Positions 27,583 through 37,014 of a stretch of 46,829 nucleotides of DNA are shown here, in pieces. Every line of letters begins with the position of its first letter. The first letter of the stretch is position 1. Source of the stretch: a virus (Duplodnaviria; Caudoviricetes); IMG/VR virus record IMGVR_UViG_3300012953_000050, positions 1 through 46,829 of that record. One strand, 5' to 3'. The notes below the pieces were generated by a model, which had not been told where the DNA came from, did no database searches, and saw only the letters and a program-made list of their open reading frames with translations. The translations under genes were made by a program, and so were the position numbers.

Positions 27583-28753
27583 GTATGTCCTCCTCTTGGT
27601 CTGCGACTTCTTCAACTTCAGGTTGATTGAATGCGTTAACATCCGCGTCGATTTTAGTATAAAGATCTAAGAAAGCAGCCTTAGTATCATCATCAAATCT
27701 AGAGATACATAAGTTGATTGCTTTCATTCTATCTCTGAAGATAGAGTAAGTTTGAGCAATATGGCAAAGCCTTCTTGTTGAAATAACTTCATCAACTCCA
27801 TCATCATAGAATGTTTTTCTGATGATATCAGCCCAAGCGATAAGTTTATCAGTAAACTCCTGCCATGATCCGTCATCGGCATCCATTTCATCGAACTTCA
27901 TAAAGTGGTTAATAAGAATTTTCTTTTCAACACCAGCTGAAGCAAACGGTTGATCGATTGCAATAGTAAACCTTTCAAGGAAAGCATCATCGATGATAGA
28001 AGCTGCAGTAAATCTGCCGTCTTCTGAACCTTTACCTTTAGTATTTGCAGTAGCAATTACGTTAAAACCTTTTGTAGGAGAAACAACTTCACCAGTCTTT
28101 TTGACTAGTACTGGCTTACCTTCCAAGATACCTTGTAAACACATGATCTTGTTAGTAGCTCTATCGATCTCATCTAAGAGAAGGATTGCTCCGTTTTCCA
28201 TAGCTTTAAGAACTGGACCTTTAGAGAAAACAGTTTCTCCATTAACAAGTCTGAATCCACCTAGTAAATCATCCTCATCAGTTTCAGGATTAATCTGAAC
28301 TCTGATGAATTCTTTACCAAGCTTAGCACAAGCTTGTTCAACCATAAAAGTTTTACCGTTTCCAGATAGACCAGAAACATATACAGGGTAGAACATTTCA
28401 GAGCTGATAACTTTTTTAATATCAGAAAATGCACCCCAAGGTACAAATGTTGGATCGACTTCAGCGTAAGTCTTTTCAGTATTGACTACTGATTGTGGTG
28501 CCATAGCAATTCCTTGTGCTGGTATTTGAGCAACTGGATTAACAATTGCTGTAGGTGCGTACTCTTCTACAAGAGCTTGCAAATTAAAGACTCCACGTCT
28601 AATTCTATACTCAGCGGAAACTAAGACTCCATAGTCTTTTCCTGTATAGCCTAGATCAAGCGCAGTATCTTCTACCTCGCTTTTTCTGAACTCTTTTTTA
28701 TCGGGGAACCTTTTAGCAAGTTCCTGTAAGATTATTTCTGTTGATTTTTTCAT
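27572..28753 (-). CDS. MoxR/CobS-like AAA+ ATPase
   Basis: GLSGNGKT, LLDEID, TANTKG, FLERF, STRRL. Confidence 0.9.
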   Translation of the reverse strand: MKKSTEIILQELAKRFPDKKEFRKSEVEDTALDLGYTGKDYGVLVSAEYRIRRGVFNLQALVEEYAPTAIVNPVAQIPAQGIAMAPQSVVNTEKTYAEVDPTFVPWGAFSDIKKVISSEMFYPVYVSGLSGNGKTFMVEQACAKLGKEFIRVQINPETDEDDLLGGFRLVNGETVFSKGPVLKAMENGAILLLDEIDRATNKIMCLQGILEGKPVLVKKTGEVVSPTKGFNVIATANTKGKGSEDGRFTAASIIDDAFLERFTIAIDQPFASAGVEKKILINHFMKFDEMDADDGSWQEFTDKLIAWADIIRKTFYDDGVDEVISTRRLCHIAQTYSIFRDRMKAINLCISRFDDDTKAAFLDLYTKIDADVNAFNQPEVEEVADQEEDILDY

Positions 28754-28790
28754 AATGTAGTGGGGCTCCTTATACCCTTTTTTATCAAGT

Positions 28791-28883
28791 TATATGTATA
28801 TTATACCATAGTTCTATGCAAATGTAAACGATTAATTTCACTTTTTGTGAAAATAATTAACACTTTTATCACTTTTTATAAGC
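28791..28883 (-). repeat. Early promoter plus upstream element, copy 1 of a 93-nt repeat
   Basis: -10 at 28800-28805, -35 at 28823-28828; near-identical to 31196-31288. Confidence 0.85.
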
Positions 28884-28898
28884 ATATTCCTATAAATT

Positions 28899-31172
28899 CT
28901 AAGCAACGGCGATACCAAATTTAGTTAGTAGAACTTTGTTTGCTTTCTTAGACTTAGCTTGTTTTCTGAAAGCTGCTCCTATTTGACCTTTTGAAGCGTC
29001 ATCTTGTAATTCGCCAAGAGCTTCGTCAGTTGCAGTACCAAGTTGTTGGCCTTTAACTACATAGAACTCATTGTAACCAATAACGTTTTGGTAATGAGCA
29101 ACTTTTTCTTTTCTGTACATAGTATTAGCTTCTTTATAAACATCACTGCCGTCATAGTATTCTTTAGAATTTACTTCAGATATTTTTGATCTAAAGTCAT
29201 GATTATCAAATGAAACAAAGAAGCCTAAAGTATTACACCCTAGAGTCTTTTGTAAATTTGATAATAAATCCTTAGTACATCTTCTTCCTAAGTCACTAAG
29301 TTCAACTTTCTTTTTATCAATAATAGCTACAGCTCCTCTATTCCAGTATCCACTAGTATCTACTTGATTATCCCATGCGATATCTCCGTGGTGGGTAGAC
29401 ATGCCATTTGAATCTCCATCTGATAAGATTACTAGATTCATTTTTTCAATTGCGTTTTTAGCTCTAAAGTCTTTAACCATTGTATGAGCTGCGACTAGAG
29501 CATGATTAAGAGGAGTAGAACCTAACTGTTCATACGAAGATATCCAGCAATCTAAGTCACATTTAAATCTCCAATCAAGTCCATTATCATCTTCATCCCA
29601 GTAACGAGCATTTGGCTTCATAACAGTAGCTCTTGCAAATAATTGGAATAAAGCTTCTTCATAGTCTGATTTTTTCAGATTAGAATTAATTAAATTTGGT
29701 AATGCTACGTTATGAAAATCAATATCACTATCAATTTGTAATTTATCGATAGAAGGAGCTCTTTTCTGAGATGATGTAAATCCATATACATCAAATGGTA
29801 TTTGTACTGTTTTACAGAAAACAACTAAATGTAATAATTGATCAAGAACATGACTGAGTGTTCCATGCATAGAACCAGAATAATCGATATACATCATCAT
29901 TCCATGATTTTTACTATCAGCTAATTTTGTAGCTCTTAAGAATATATCATCATCAGTTTTGTATGCATGCAATTTATTAACGTTAAGCATTCCAGTTTTA
30001 GCAACTGAAGCTTTTTGCCATCTTTGTGCAGCTTTTCTTTGTTCAAATTCTTTTACTGCAGGTCTAATAGCAGTTTTAATTTCTTTTAATCTAGTAGGCC
30101 AAAGCTTTTTTAACCTATCATAATTTGCTTCATAATCACAATCTGCAGAAGAATCTTCTCCTTTAAAGGCTTTTTCTCTTCTTTTAATTCTGTCTTTAGC
30201 TAGATCTTCATAAGAAATAATTACTTTCTTTAAAACTTCTTTTTTAGGACCGTTTACATACGTGGTTTGTCTACCATTTTCATCTAGGTCAATTAGATCT
30301 CTTTCTGCATTTCTATAGAAGTTATCAGTAAGTGATTGGTCTTCATCAAGAGTTTGAGTTGATTGATTTTCAGCTGTGTCAGCATTTGCCTGATCTTCTG
30401 AACTTTTATCTGTTTCTCCTTGATCTGAATCTGTGTCTCCAGCATTTGAATCTTCTTCTGATTCTTCGTCATCTCCTGAATCGTTTCCTTGTAGTTCTTG
30501 TTGTTCATTTTGTTCTCCTGGAGCTTCCATATCGTCATGCCCCTGTGGTAAATCATCATTGTCATTATTACCAGGTGCTTGCTCATCTTCTGAAACAGGT
30601 GGAGGTGTTAATAATTCTGGTTGATTTTCTTTTGTGAATGCTAAGATTTCTCTACATAATTCTACAACTTCATCAAATGTTTCAGTTGTAAAAGCTCTGT
30701 CAAAATAAGTCTTTTCTTCAGAAGTAAATGGAACTTCAATAAGATCTTGTAATTTAGCTTTAAGATTAATCTTATCAATAAGCTTTACTTCATCCCATTT
30801 AATATTATCTACATCTGAAAAGAATCCATCTTCTAAAAGAATCTTATAACCATTAGCCATTGGCCTAATTAGACCAGGATAATCGCTTCTTACAAATCTT
30901 TCAATTCTAGCATCTTCAATTACATTGATATAAGATCTAGGACAACCCTCAAGTTTCTCTGGAGAATCGTGCCAGCCTTCATAAGGAGTATATAAAGCAT
31001 GACCAATTTCATGTCCAACCAAAAGATCATATACATCTTTACCCATGTCTTTCCAGATTGGAAGACCGAGTACTCTATCTTTTACATCAAACCATGCAGT
31101 GTGATAATTACCGTGTTGAACAGTAACATTTTCTTTTGCAAGTAGTTTTGCGATTGTTGGATTATGGTTCAT
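28899..31172 (-). CDS. CobT-like VWA-domain protein with N-terminal HExxH metallopeptidase-like domain
   Basis: GHEIGHAL, NVIEDARIE, acidic linker, MIDAS DYSGS...STP...SDG. Confidence 0.85.
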   Translation of the reverse strand: MNHNPTIAKLLAKENVTVQHGNYHTAWFDVKDRVLGLPIWKDMGKDVYDLLVGHEIGHALYTPYEGWHDSPEKLEGCPRSYINVIEDARIERFVRSDYPGLIRPMANGYKILLEDGFFSDVDNIKWDEVKLIDKINLKAKLQDLIEVPFTSEEKTYFDRAFTTETFDEVVELCREILAFTKENQPELLTPPPVSEDEQAPGNNDNDDLPQGHDDMEAPGEQNEQQELQGNDSGDDEESEEDSNAGDTDSDQGETDKSSEDQANADTAENQSTQTLDEDQSLTDNFYRNAERDLIDLDENGRQTTYVNGPKKEVLKKVIISYEDLAKDRIKRREKAFKGEDSSADCDYEANYDRLKKLWPTRLKEIKTAIRPAVKEFEQRKAAQRWQKASVAKTGMLNVNKLHAYKTDDDIFLRATKLADSKNHGMMMYIDYSGSMHGTLSHVLDQLLHLVVFCKTVQIPFDVYGFTSSQKRAPSIDKLQIDSDIDFHNVALPNLINSNLKKSDYEEALFQLFARATVMKPNARYWDEDDNGLDWRFKCDLDCWISSYEQLGSTPLNHALVAAHTMVKDFRAKNAIEKMNLVILSDGDSNGMSTHHGDIAWDNQVDTSGYWNRGAVAIIDKKKVELSDLGRRCTKDLLSNLQKTLGCNTLGFFVSFDNHDFRSKISEVNSKEYYDGSDVYKEANTMYRKEKVAHYQNVIGYNEFYVVKGQQLGTATDEALGELQDDASKGQIGAAFRKQAKSKKANKVLLTKFGIAVA

Positions 31173-31195
31173 TTTACTCCCTTTTTTATTATCAA

Positions 31196-31288
31196 TATAT
31201 GTATATTATACTACATTTCGAGGCAAATGTAAACGATTAATTTCACTTTTGGTGAAAATAATTAGCACTGGTATCACTTTTTATAAGC
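31196..31288 (-). repeat. Early promoter plus upstream element, copy 2
   Basis: -10 at 31205-31210, -35 at 31228-31233. Confidence 0.85.
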
Positions 31289-31315
31289 TTAGAACTCAGA
31301 GTTATAAAAAAATCA

Positions 31316-31498
31316 CTAATCTCTATCTTTTTTAAGGCAAACTTGACCTTGAGTATCAATATAAAGTATGAACTTATCTCCTTGTTTAAAGTCATGTTTA
31401 TCTAATTGTTCCATTGTCAGTTTATCCGGACCTTCATCTGAAAACTGAATACCGTATGGACTCATTGTTAATTTGTAATCTATATAAGTTACTTGCAT
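31316..31498 (-). CDS. Hypothetical protein
   Basis: 60-aa ORF directly downstream of tRNA-Arg. Confidence 0.6.
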   Translation of the reverse strand: MQVTYIDYKLTMSPYGIQFSDEGPDKLTMEQLDKHDFKQGDKFILYIDTQGQVCLKKDRD

Positions 31499-31511
31499 TT
31501 TCTTTCCTGTG

Positions 31512-31586
31512 TGGTGTTCCCGACAGGAGTCGAACCTGTATCAGCGGTTTAGAAGACCGATATTCTATCCATTGAACTACGAGAAC
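31512..31586 (-). tRNA. tRNA-Arg(UCU)
   Basis: 75-nt cloverleaf GTTCTCG...CGGGAACACCA, anticodon loop CTTCTAA, GGTTCGACT T-arm. Confidence 0.93.
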
Positions 31587-31594
31587 TGTAAGTG

Positions 31595-33310
31595 TTATCT
31601 AATTTTACTAAAGTTTCTATCCTTATAGAACTCGATTTTAGATCTGAATTTATCCTCTAATATATCTCCTTTATGAGATATAATAAAGATGTTTGTACCT
31701 TCTTCTAAGGTGCTGAGAATTTTAGTTAGATTATTTACACCATCAACATCTAGACTAGAATCAAATGTCTCATCAAGAATCAGTAGATTTGTAGCTGCTG
31801 AATTCTTCATCTTAGCAATTTGTCTCCAAGTAAAGAGTAATGATAAATCAATTCTCTGTTTTTCTCCTTCTGAGAACGATGCATAATTAAATGCATCTCT
31901 ATGTCTGGAACGAATAGTTTCACTAAAGTTCTCATCAAGATGAAATGCTACGAAAAAATCTAATACTTGCAGATACTGATTAATCAAGCGATTCATGACT
32001 GGCAAATATTGCTTGATCACTTTCGTCTTGATACCAGTATCTTTAAGCATCTCCCCTATTACTTCATTATAGGTTCTTTCCTCGACATATTCTAACTTCT
32101 TATCAGTAAAAGTATCTTTTGAATCTCTCATATCTGATAATTCTGTTTTTGCTGATTTAACATCTCCTTGAGAAGAGTTAATCTTATTTATTTCTTTCTG
32201 AATTTTGTCAATTTCTTTTTGTAATATACCAACAGCATCATTGTTACTATTAATCTTATTCTGACTAGCTCTTAACGAATCTAGGTTTGCTTTGATTGTA
32301 GTACCTTCTGCAGACAAGACATTGAGTTTTCTTTGCATGTCTTCTTTTTCTGTTTGTACATCTCTTGCACATGATTTAACATGGCTGATTTTTGATTCTT
32401 TCTTTTCTTCAGATATGTCTTGGTCACAGGTTGGACAGACGTTGTTATCTTCATAAAATTTTGACTCCGAAACTAAATCTTTTATTTTATTATTTAGTAC
32501 TTGATTGTGGGATTTAATATGAGCTACTTGATCAGTATACTTTTGATAAGCTTCTTCTTCAGAGGTAATCATAGTTGTTAGATTTTTTCCAATTGTTTTT
32601 GATTCTTCGAATAGACGTTTGATTTCTGTTTTATGTTCCTTAATTGAATCACGTTTCTGTTCTATCAAATCGTTATTGAGATCTTTTAAATTACGTATAT
32701 ACTTATTTTGAGAATCAATCTTGTTCTTAGTTAAATCTAATTGATGATTGATATCTACTAATTGTTCACGTATCTTTGAATTGCGCTCTTTTAACAATTG
32801 GTTCATCTTTGAAAATATATTAATATCTAATAAGTCTTCTATTATCTCTCTTCTAGACCAAACTGGCAATTGCATGAATGGAATAAAAGAACTTGATCCA
32901 AGTACTACTACTTGATGAAATGACTTATGGTTTAGTTTTAATATATTCTGTTCTAAGAATTTCTGATAATCTCTTGCATTTGATGATTGATTAATAAGAT
33001 TACCATTTTGCCAAATTTCGAATTTGCCTGGTCTTATACCTCGGTGTACTTTAAATTCAGTACCACCTATTTCAAACTCAACTTCAACTACCGTCCTCTT
33101 ACCGTTCACTGAGTTAATCAGCTGATCCTTTTTTATATCCCTATGAGGTTTATTAAATAATCCATAAGAAAGTGCATCTAAAAGGGTAGATTTACCTGCA
33201 CCGTTTTGCCCAACTACTAAAGTTGATGGCGTTCTATCTAATTGTATTTCAATAAACTCATTACCAGTGGAGAGGAAATTCTTCCACCTACATGTTTTAA
33301 AATGTATCAT
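31595..33310 (-). CDS. gp46: Recombination endonuclease ATPase subunit (Rad50/SbcC-like)
   Basis: GQNGAGKS, CPTC hook, FSEGEK, LDE. Confidence 0.96.
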   Translation of the reverse strand: MIHFKTCRWKNFLSTGNEFIEIQLDRTPSTLVVGQNGAGKSTLLDALSYGLFNKPHRDIKKDQLINSVNGKRTVVEVEFEIGGTEFKVHRGIRPGKFEIWQNGNLINQSSNARDYQKFLEQNILKLNHKSFHQVVVLGSSSFIPFMQLPVWSRREIIEDLLDINIFSKMNQLLKERNSKIREQLVDINHQLDLTKNKIDSQNKYIRNLKDLNNDLIEQKRDSIKEHKTEIKRLFEESKTIGKNLTTMITSEEEAYQKYTDQVAHIKSHNQVLNNKIKDLVSESKFYEDNNVCPTCDQDISEEKKESKISHVKSCARDVQTEKEDMQRKLNVLSAEGTTIKANLDSLRASQNKINSNNDAVGILQKEIDKIQKEINKINSSQGDVKSAKTELSDMRDSKDTFTDKKLEYVEERTYNEVIGEMLKDTGIKTKVIKQYLPVMNRLINQYLQVLDFFVAFHLDENFSETIRSRHRDAFNYASFSEGEKQRIDLSLLFTWRQIAKMKNSAATNLLILDETFDSSLDVDGVNNLTKILSTLEEGTNIFIISHKGDILEDKFRSKIEFYKDRNFSKIR

Positions 33311-34368
33311 ATAATCTCTAAATTTTGAGCTTCTGTATAAAACTCTCTCAATTTCAATTTAAGTTTCTCTTTATCTAAATCTGTTTCTACTGCTTCTACA
33401 TAAGAATCCAGCAATTCAGTAGTATCTTCTAAAGAGACCTTTTCATCTTCTACGCTTTCGCCAAGAAACTCTTCAAAGTTCTCAGCTATCTTGAGCTCGT
33501 AAGTTTCAATAGATTGAAGTCGATCAATAAATTTATCGAACATATAAAGGTCAGTTTTGTTTAATACAATGATCTTTACAAACTTTTTCTCAAACTCATT
33601 TATATTTATATTGTCGTAATCGTTGTTCTCGTCGTCATATATAAACTTTTTGAACATTGTTATAGGATTACGGACTTGAGTTATTTCTCTTGTTTCAGTA
33701 TCAAGTACATGAAAATACTTAGGGTCATCTACATCAGCCCACGTGAATTCCATTTGAGATCCAAGATATGTTACATTACCTTGACTTGATTTAGTATGAA
33801 AATGTCCTGATAAAACCATTTCAAATCTAGAAAAAACATCAGCACTCATGCCATGTGGATTAGGCATTCCTGCCATCATATCAAATCCTTTCAGTTCTAG
33901 ATGAGCACCAAGAATAGGAGCGTTACATGTCATTGCAAATTTAGTATATTCTTCATAATTTGCGTTATTAATCCATGGAATTACTGCTACTCCTAATCCG
34001 TCATAATCAATTACTTTTGGTTCCATTATAATATTTACATTAGAAGTAAAGTAACCAAGTAATTCTTTAAGAGAACAAAGCTCGTTAGTATTTTTAAAAT
34101 ACACATCATGGTTACCTGGAATGATATCCATAGTAATACCTGCATCACGCATAGGTTCTAGAAAGTCTTTTCTATTCTGATTTAAAGCTTTAAAGTTAAC
34201 AAACTTACGATGTTCATAATAGTCACCTAAATGAAGTATTTGTTTTATATCGTTTTCTTTGAGATAAGGAAAGAATACTTCTTCGTAAAATCTTTTTTGA
34301 TAGTTTAAGAATATATCAGACGAGTTTCTCACACCACAATGGGTGTCATTTAATATTGCTACTTTCAT
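33307..34368 (-). CDS. gp47: Recombination endonuclease nuclease subunit (Mre11/SbcD-like)
   Basis: DTHCG, LGD, GNHD, SGHFH. Confidence 0.96.
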   Translation of the reverse strand: MKVAILNDTHCGVRNSSDIFLNYQKRFYEEVFFPYLKENDIKQILHLGDYYEHRKFVNFKALNQNRKDFLEPMRDAGITMDIIPGNHDVYFKNTNELCSLKELLGYFTSNVNIIMEPKVIDYDGLGVAVIPWINNANYEEYTKFAMTCNAPILGAHLELKGFDMMAGMPNPHGMSADVFSRFEMVLSGHFHTKSSQGNVTYLGSQMEFTWADVDDPKYFHVLDTETREITQVRNPITMFKKFIYDDENNDYDNININEFEKKFVKIIVLNKTDLYMFDKFIDRLQSIETYELKIAENFEEFLGESVEDEKVSLEDTTELLDSYVEAVETDLDKEKLKLKLREFYTEAQNLEII

Positions 34369-34369
34369 A

Positions 34370-34954
34370 CTAGCCCATAAAAAGCTCGAGTTTTTGAGCT
34401 TCTTTCTTTTCTTTTATTTTTTCTTGCTTAGCAAAGTCTTTAATAGCTTTATCTTTATCTTGTACTTTATTAATACGCTGACGTAAAGTATCTACATAGT
34501 TCATAGTTTGTTCAGCACCTTCAGCATCCATACCCATTTGTACGAAATCTTCAATGCCCATTTTTTCGATGAACTTAAACTTGATATCTTGTTGTTTCTT
34601 TTCTTTTGCAATTCTTCTGATAAAAGCAAAATAACATATTTGAGTAAAATATGAGAAAGCATTTGGTTTACCTGTTCTAGTAGCTGTTTCAATATTGTAA
34701 TTATTGATTGCTCTTAAACAGTTTTCGACTCCATCCATAACCATTTCTTCTCTATATGTATACCTTACAAAGTTTGGCCTATGACTTAGACCCTCTGCAA
34801 TCTTGATAAAACACGTAGCGATATAATCAGTTACTTTTGGTATTTGCGAGTTTTCTGCTCTAGCTTTATGTACGTTCGTTGCATAGTCCATAACAGCTTC
34901 AGAAAAATCTCTATTATTCACGTAATGTGGTTTCTTTTTAGCGGCACTTGCCAT
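34370..34954 (-). CDS. gp55: Late transcription sigma factor
   Basis: HYVNN, IAEGLSHRPNF, NAFSYFTQI, RRIAKEKKQ. Confidence 0.95.
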   Translation of the reverse strand: MASAAKKKPHYVNNRDFSEAVMDYATNVHKARAENSQIPKVTDYIATCFIKIAEGLSHRPNFVRYTYREEMVMDGVENCLRAINNYNIETATRTGKPNAFSYFTQICYFAFIRRIAKEKKQQDIKFKFIEKMGIEDFVQMGMDAEGAEQTMNYVDTLRQRINKVQDKDKAIKDFAKQEKIKEKKEAQKLELFMG

Positions 34955-34990
34955 AATAATTATTCTCCAAAATTAAATTATATAAGTTAT

Positions 34991-35019
34991 ATTATACCAC
35001 AGTTCGGCCCATTTGTAAA
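34991..35019 (-). promoter_or_regulatory. Early promoter of gp55-47-46
   Basis: TTTACA-N17-TATAAT with TGTGG. Confidence 0.85.
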
Positions 35020-35064
35020 CGTTTATTTGTAATTAATTTATTTTAAAAAAAGTGAAATTAATCG

Positions 35065-35093
35065 TTTACATTTGACTAGAAATATGATATAAT
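35065..35093 (+). promoter_or_regulatory. Plus-strand (antisense) early-type promoter followed by a G-tract
   Basis: AAAGTGAAATTAATCG-TTTACA-N17-TATAAT, then GGGGAGGGGGAAGG at 35107-35120. Confidence 0.75.
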
Positions 35094-35129
35094 ATATAAG
35101 TACACCGGGGAGGGGGAAGGATAGAGATA

Positions 35130-35525
35130 TTAATGAATCGTTTTATCACTTGCTTGGATCTCATCATCAAAGTCTTCTATCATTTCTTCCATCTCTTCAT
35201 ACATGTCATCAGTAGATTTCATACTAACCTTTCTAACAGAAGGAGCTTCAGAAGTAGCAATCTTAATATATTCTTGAGCTACATCTTCATCTAGTCTGAC
35301 ATCATGTACAATAGTGTTCTTATTTAAGCTATAAAGTTTCTGCTTAGAAAAAGGAAACCATGGCGTAAAGTGTATACCACCTAGCATATTAGTTACGATC
35401 TTAAAAGGTCGTTCTATTACAATTGTTGATGGATCAGTATTATCATATCCTTGTGTTACTAATCCAATAATTTCTTCGCCACTCATCAGTTTAAAATGTC
35501 TAATATTTATTTCTGACTTATCCAA
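35130..35525 (-). CDS. Conserved T4-like hypothetical protein (Sm-like)
   Basis: FKLMSGEEIIG...FTPW; usual position after uvsW. Confidence 0.75.
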   Translation of the reverse strand: MDKSEINIRHFKLMSGEEIIGLVTQGYDNTDPSTIVIERPFKIVTNMLGGIHFTPWFPFSKQKLYSLNKNTIVHDVRLDEDVAQEYIKIATSEAPSVRKVSMKSTDDMYEEMEEMIEDFDDEIQASDKTIH

Positions 35526-37014
35526 TTTTTACCTCATGTACTTTATAGTTAAATTTCTCTTTAGCATACAGCTTAATTCTATCAGCTGCATGATTAAGTG
35601 TATAGTTCTTTTTACTCTTCCAATGTAAGTCATCAGCAATATCAAATACTTGAGTCTTACGATCAGATTTTCTAAGTCCTCTACCAATTGATTGCAATAC
35701 TCTTATCTGTGACTTCGATGGTGAAGCAAAGATTAAATTATGCAACCTCTTTATATTTATACCTGTGGAAAACGTACCGATACTTGCTACAATAATAGCG
35801 TTCTCTTCTTTTTCAGTGATAGCTCTTATTGCTTCTCTGTCATCTACGTCAGTTTCTCCAGATACATAAAATAACTTTCTATCTTTATCTATCTTAGTTT
35901 TAAGCAGATCATGTAAAGGTTTACCATGTTTCTCAACAAAATTAAATAATATAAGTGTATTACCTTTTTGGTCTACTGCTAGATTAGATATAAAGTTATT
36001 TCTTGGACCATATCTTACGATAAAGTCTAATTCTTCTTGGTACTTAGCTTTACATACTTCTTTACATATTTCATCTTTATATTTTAAGAGTAATACAGAT
36101 ATGTCTAATTGTTCTAATGTACCAGCATCTATTAATTCTTTAGTGGTAGTAACCTTATATACTGGACCAAATAATCCTTCTAATACTAACTGATGCGTCT
36201 GTGTTCCATCCAATGTACCGGTTGTACCCATTCTATATTGGGCATTAGTACATTTTTCCATAATTGCAGTAAGAGATTTAGCTTTAAAATTATGCGCCTC
36301 GTCTCCTACAACCATGCCAAAATCTTGAAACCAAGGATGTGGTAATTTAAATATAGATTGCCATGTGGATATAATAACTCGATTCTTTATTCCATGCTTT
36401 TCTCTACCACCCATTATTTGATGACATTGCTCTGTGGCTTCCCAATCATCGTCGAGTACAGAATAGTCTTGAAAATCATTATACATTTGAGCTACAAGAC
36501 TTGTAGTAGGTACTATAATTAATACTTTACCTTCGTGGTGTTTTAAATAGTATCTCATGGCCAAATATATTATCATACTCTTACCAGAACCCGTCGGTGA
36601 TAATAAAAGGGATTTCTGCTTTGAAAGCGTGTGCGAGAGTCCCTCGATTTGATATGGCCTTGGGGTTACTAAGGAACGGTTCACAGTCAGTGTAATATCA
36701 GACAAAAGGCCCTCTAGTAAGGGTTCGAGAACTTCACCCGGAGTACCATAGTATTTTGACCCCTCTGAAACCACACTATAGTCCCTTATCGAGGCAAAGT
36801 CTTTCAGATAGTCAAAAAGGCCCACATAGAGTGTTTTTTTCCTTGAATCATACAACCTGATTTTACCATCCCATATCTTATTTCTATAAGCTGGCATAAA
36901 TTTATACCCTGGAACGTAAAAACAAAAATGTTCTGATAATTCTCTTTCTATAGATGGTTCACATTCGACATCTAGCCAAGTTTCATTCTTCTTTTTAACT
37001 GTAATTACTTCCAT
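35518..37014 (-). CDS. uvsW: RNA-DNA/DNA helicase UvsW
   Basis: PGYKFMP, SPTGSGKS, DEAH, QSIGRGLR. Confidence 0.96.
   Translation of the reverse strand: MEVITVKKKNETWLDVECEPSIERELSEHFCFYVPGYKFMPAYRNKIWDGKIRLYDSRKKTLYVGLFDYLKDFASIRDYSVVSEGSKYYGTPGEVLEPLLEGLLSDITLTVNRSLVTPRPYQIEGLSHTLSKQKSLLLSPTGSGKSMIIYLAMRYYLKHHEGKVLIIVPTTSLVAQMYNDFQDYSVLDDDWEATEQCHQIMGGREKHGIKNRVIISTWQSIFKLPHPWFQDFGMVVGDEAHNFKAKSLTAIMEKCTNAQYRMGTTGTLDGTQTHQLVLEGLFGPVYKVTTTKELIDAGTLEQLDISVLLLKYKDEICKEVCKAKYQEELDFIVRYGPRNNFISNLAVDQKGNTLILFNFVEKHGKPLHDLLKTKIDKDRKLFYVSGETDVDDREAIRAITEKEENAIIVASIGTFSTGINIKRLHNLIFASPSKSQIRVLQSIGRGLRKSDRKTQVFDIADDLHWKSKKNYTLNHAADRIKLYAKEKFNYKVHEVKIG

Noticed and set aside
27572-31172. Cobalamin biosynthesis (cobS/cobT) auxiliary genes
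   Set aside because: No cobN or other cob genes; generic MoxR-VWA architecture
7773-35761. Intragenic TATAAATA matches (7773, 24634, 33603, 35754)
   Set aside because: Expected by chance in AT-rich DNA; some may be real but cannot be supported from sequence alone
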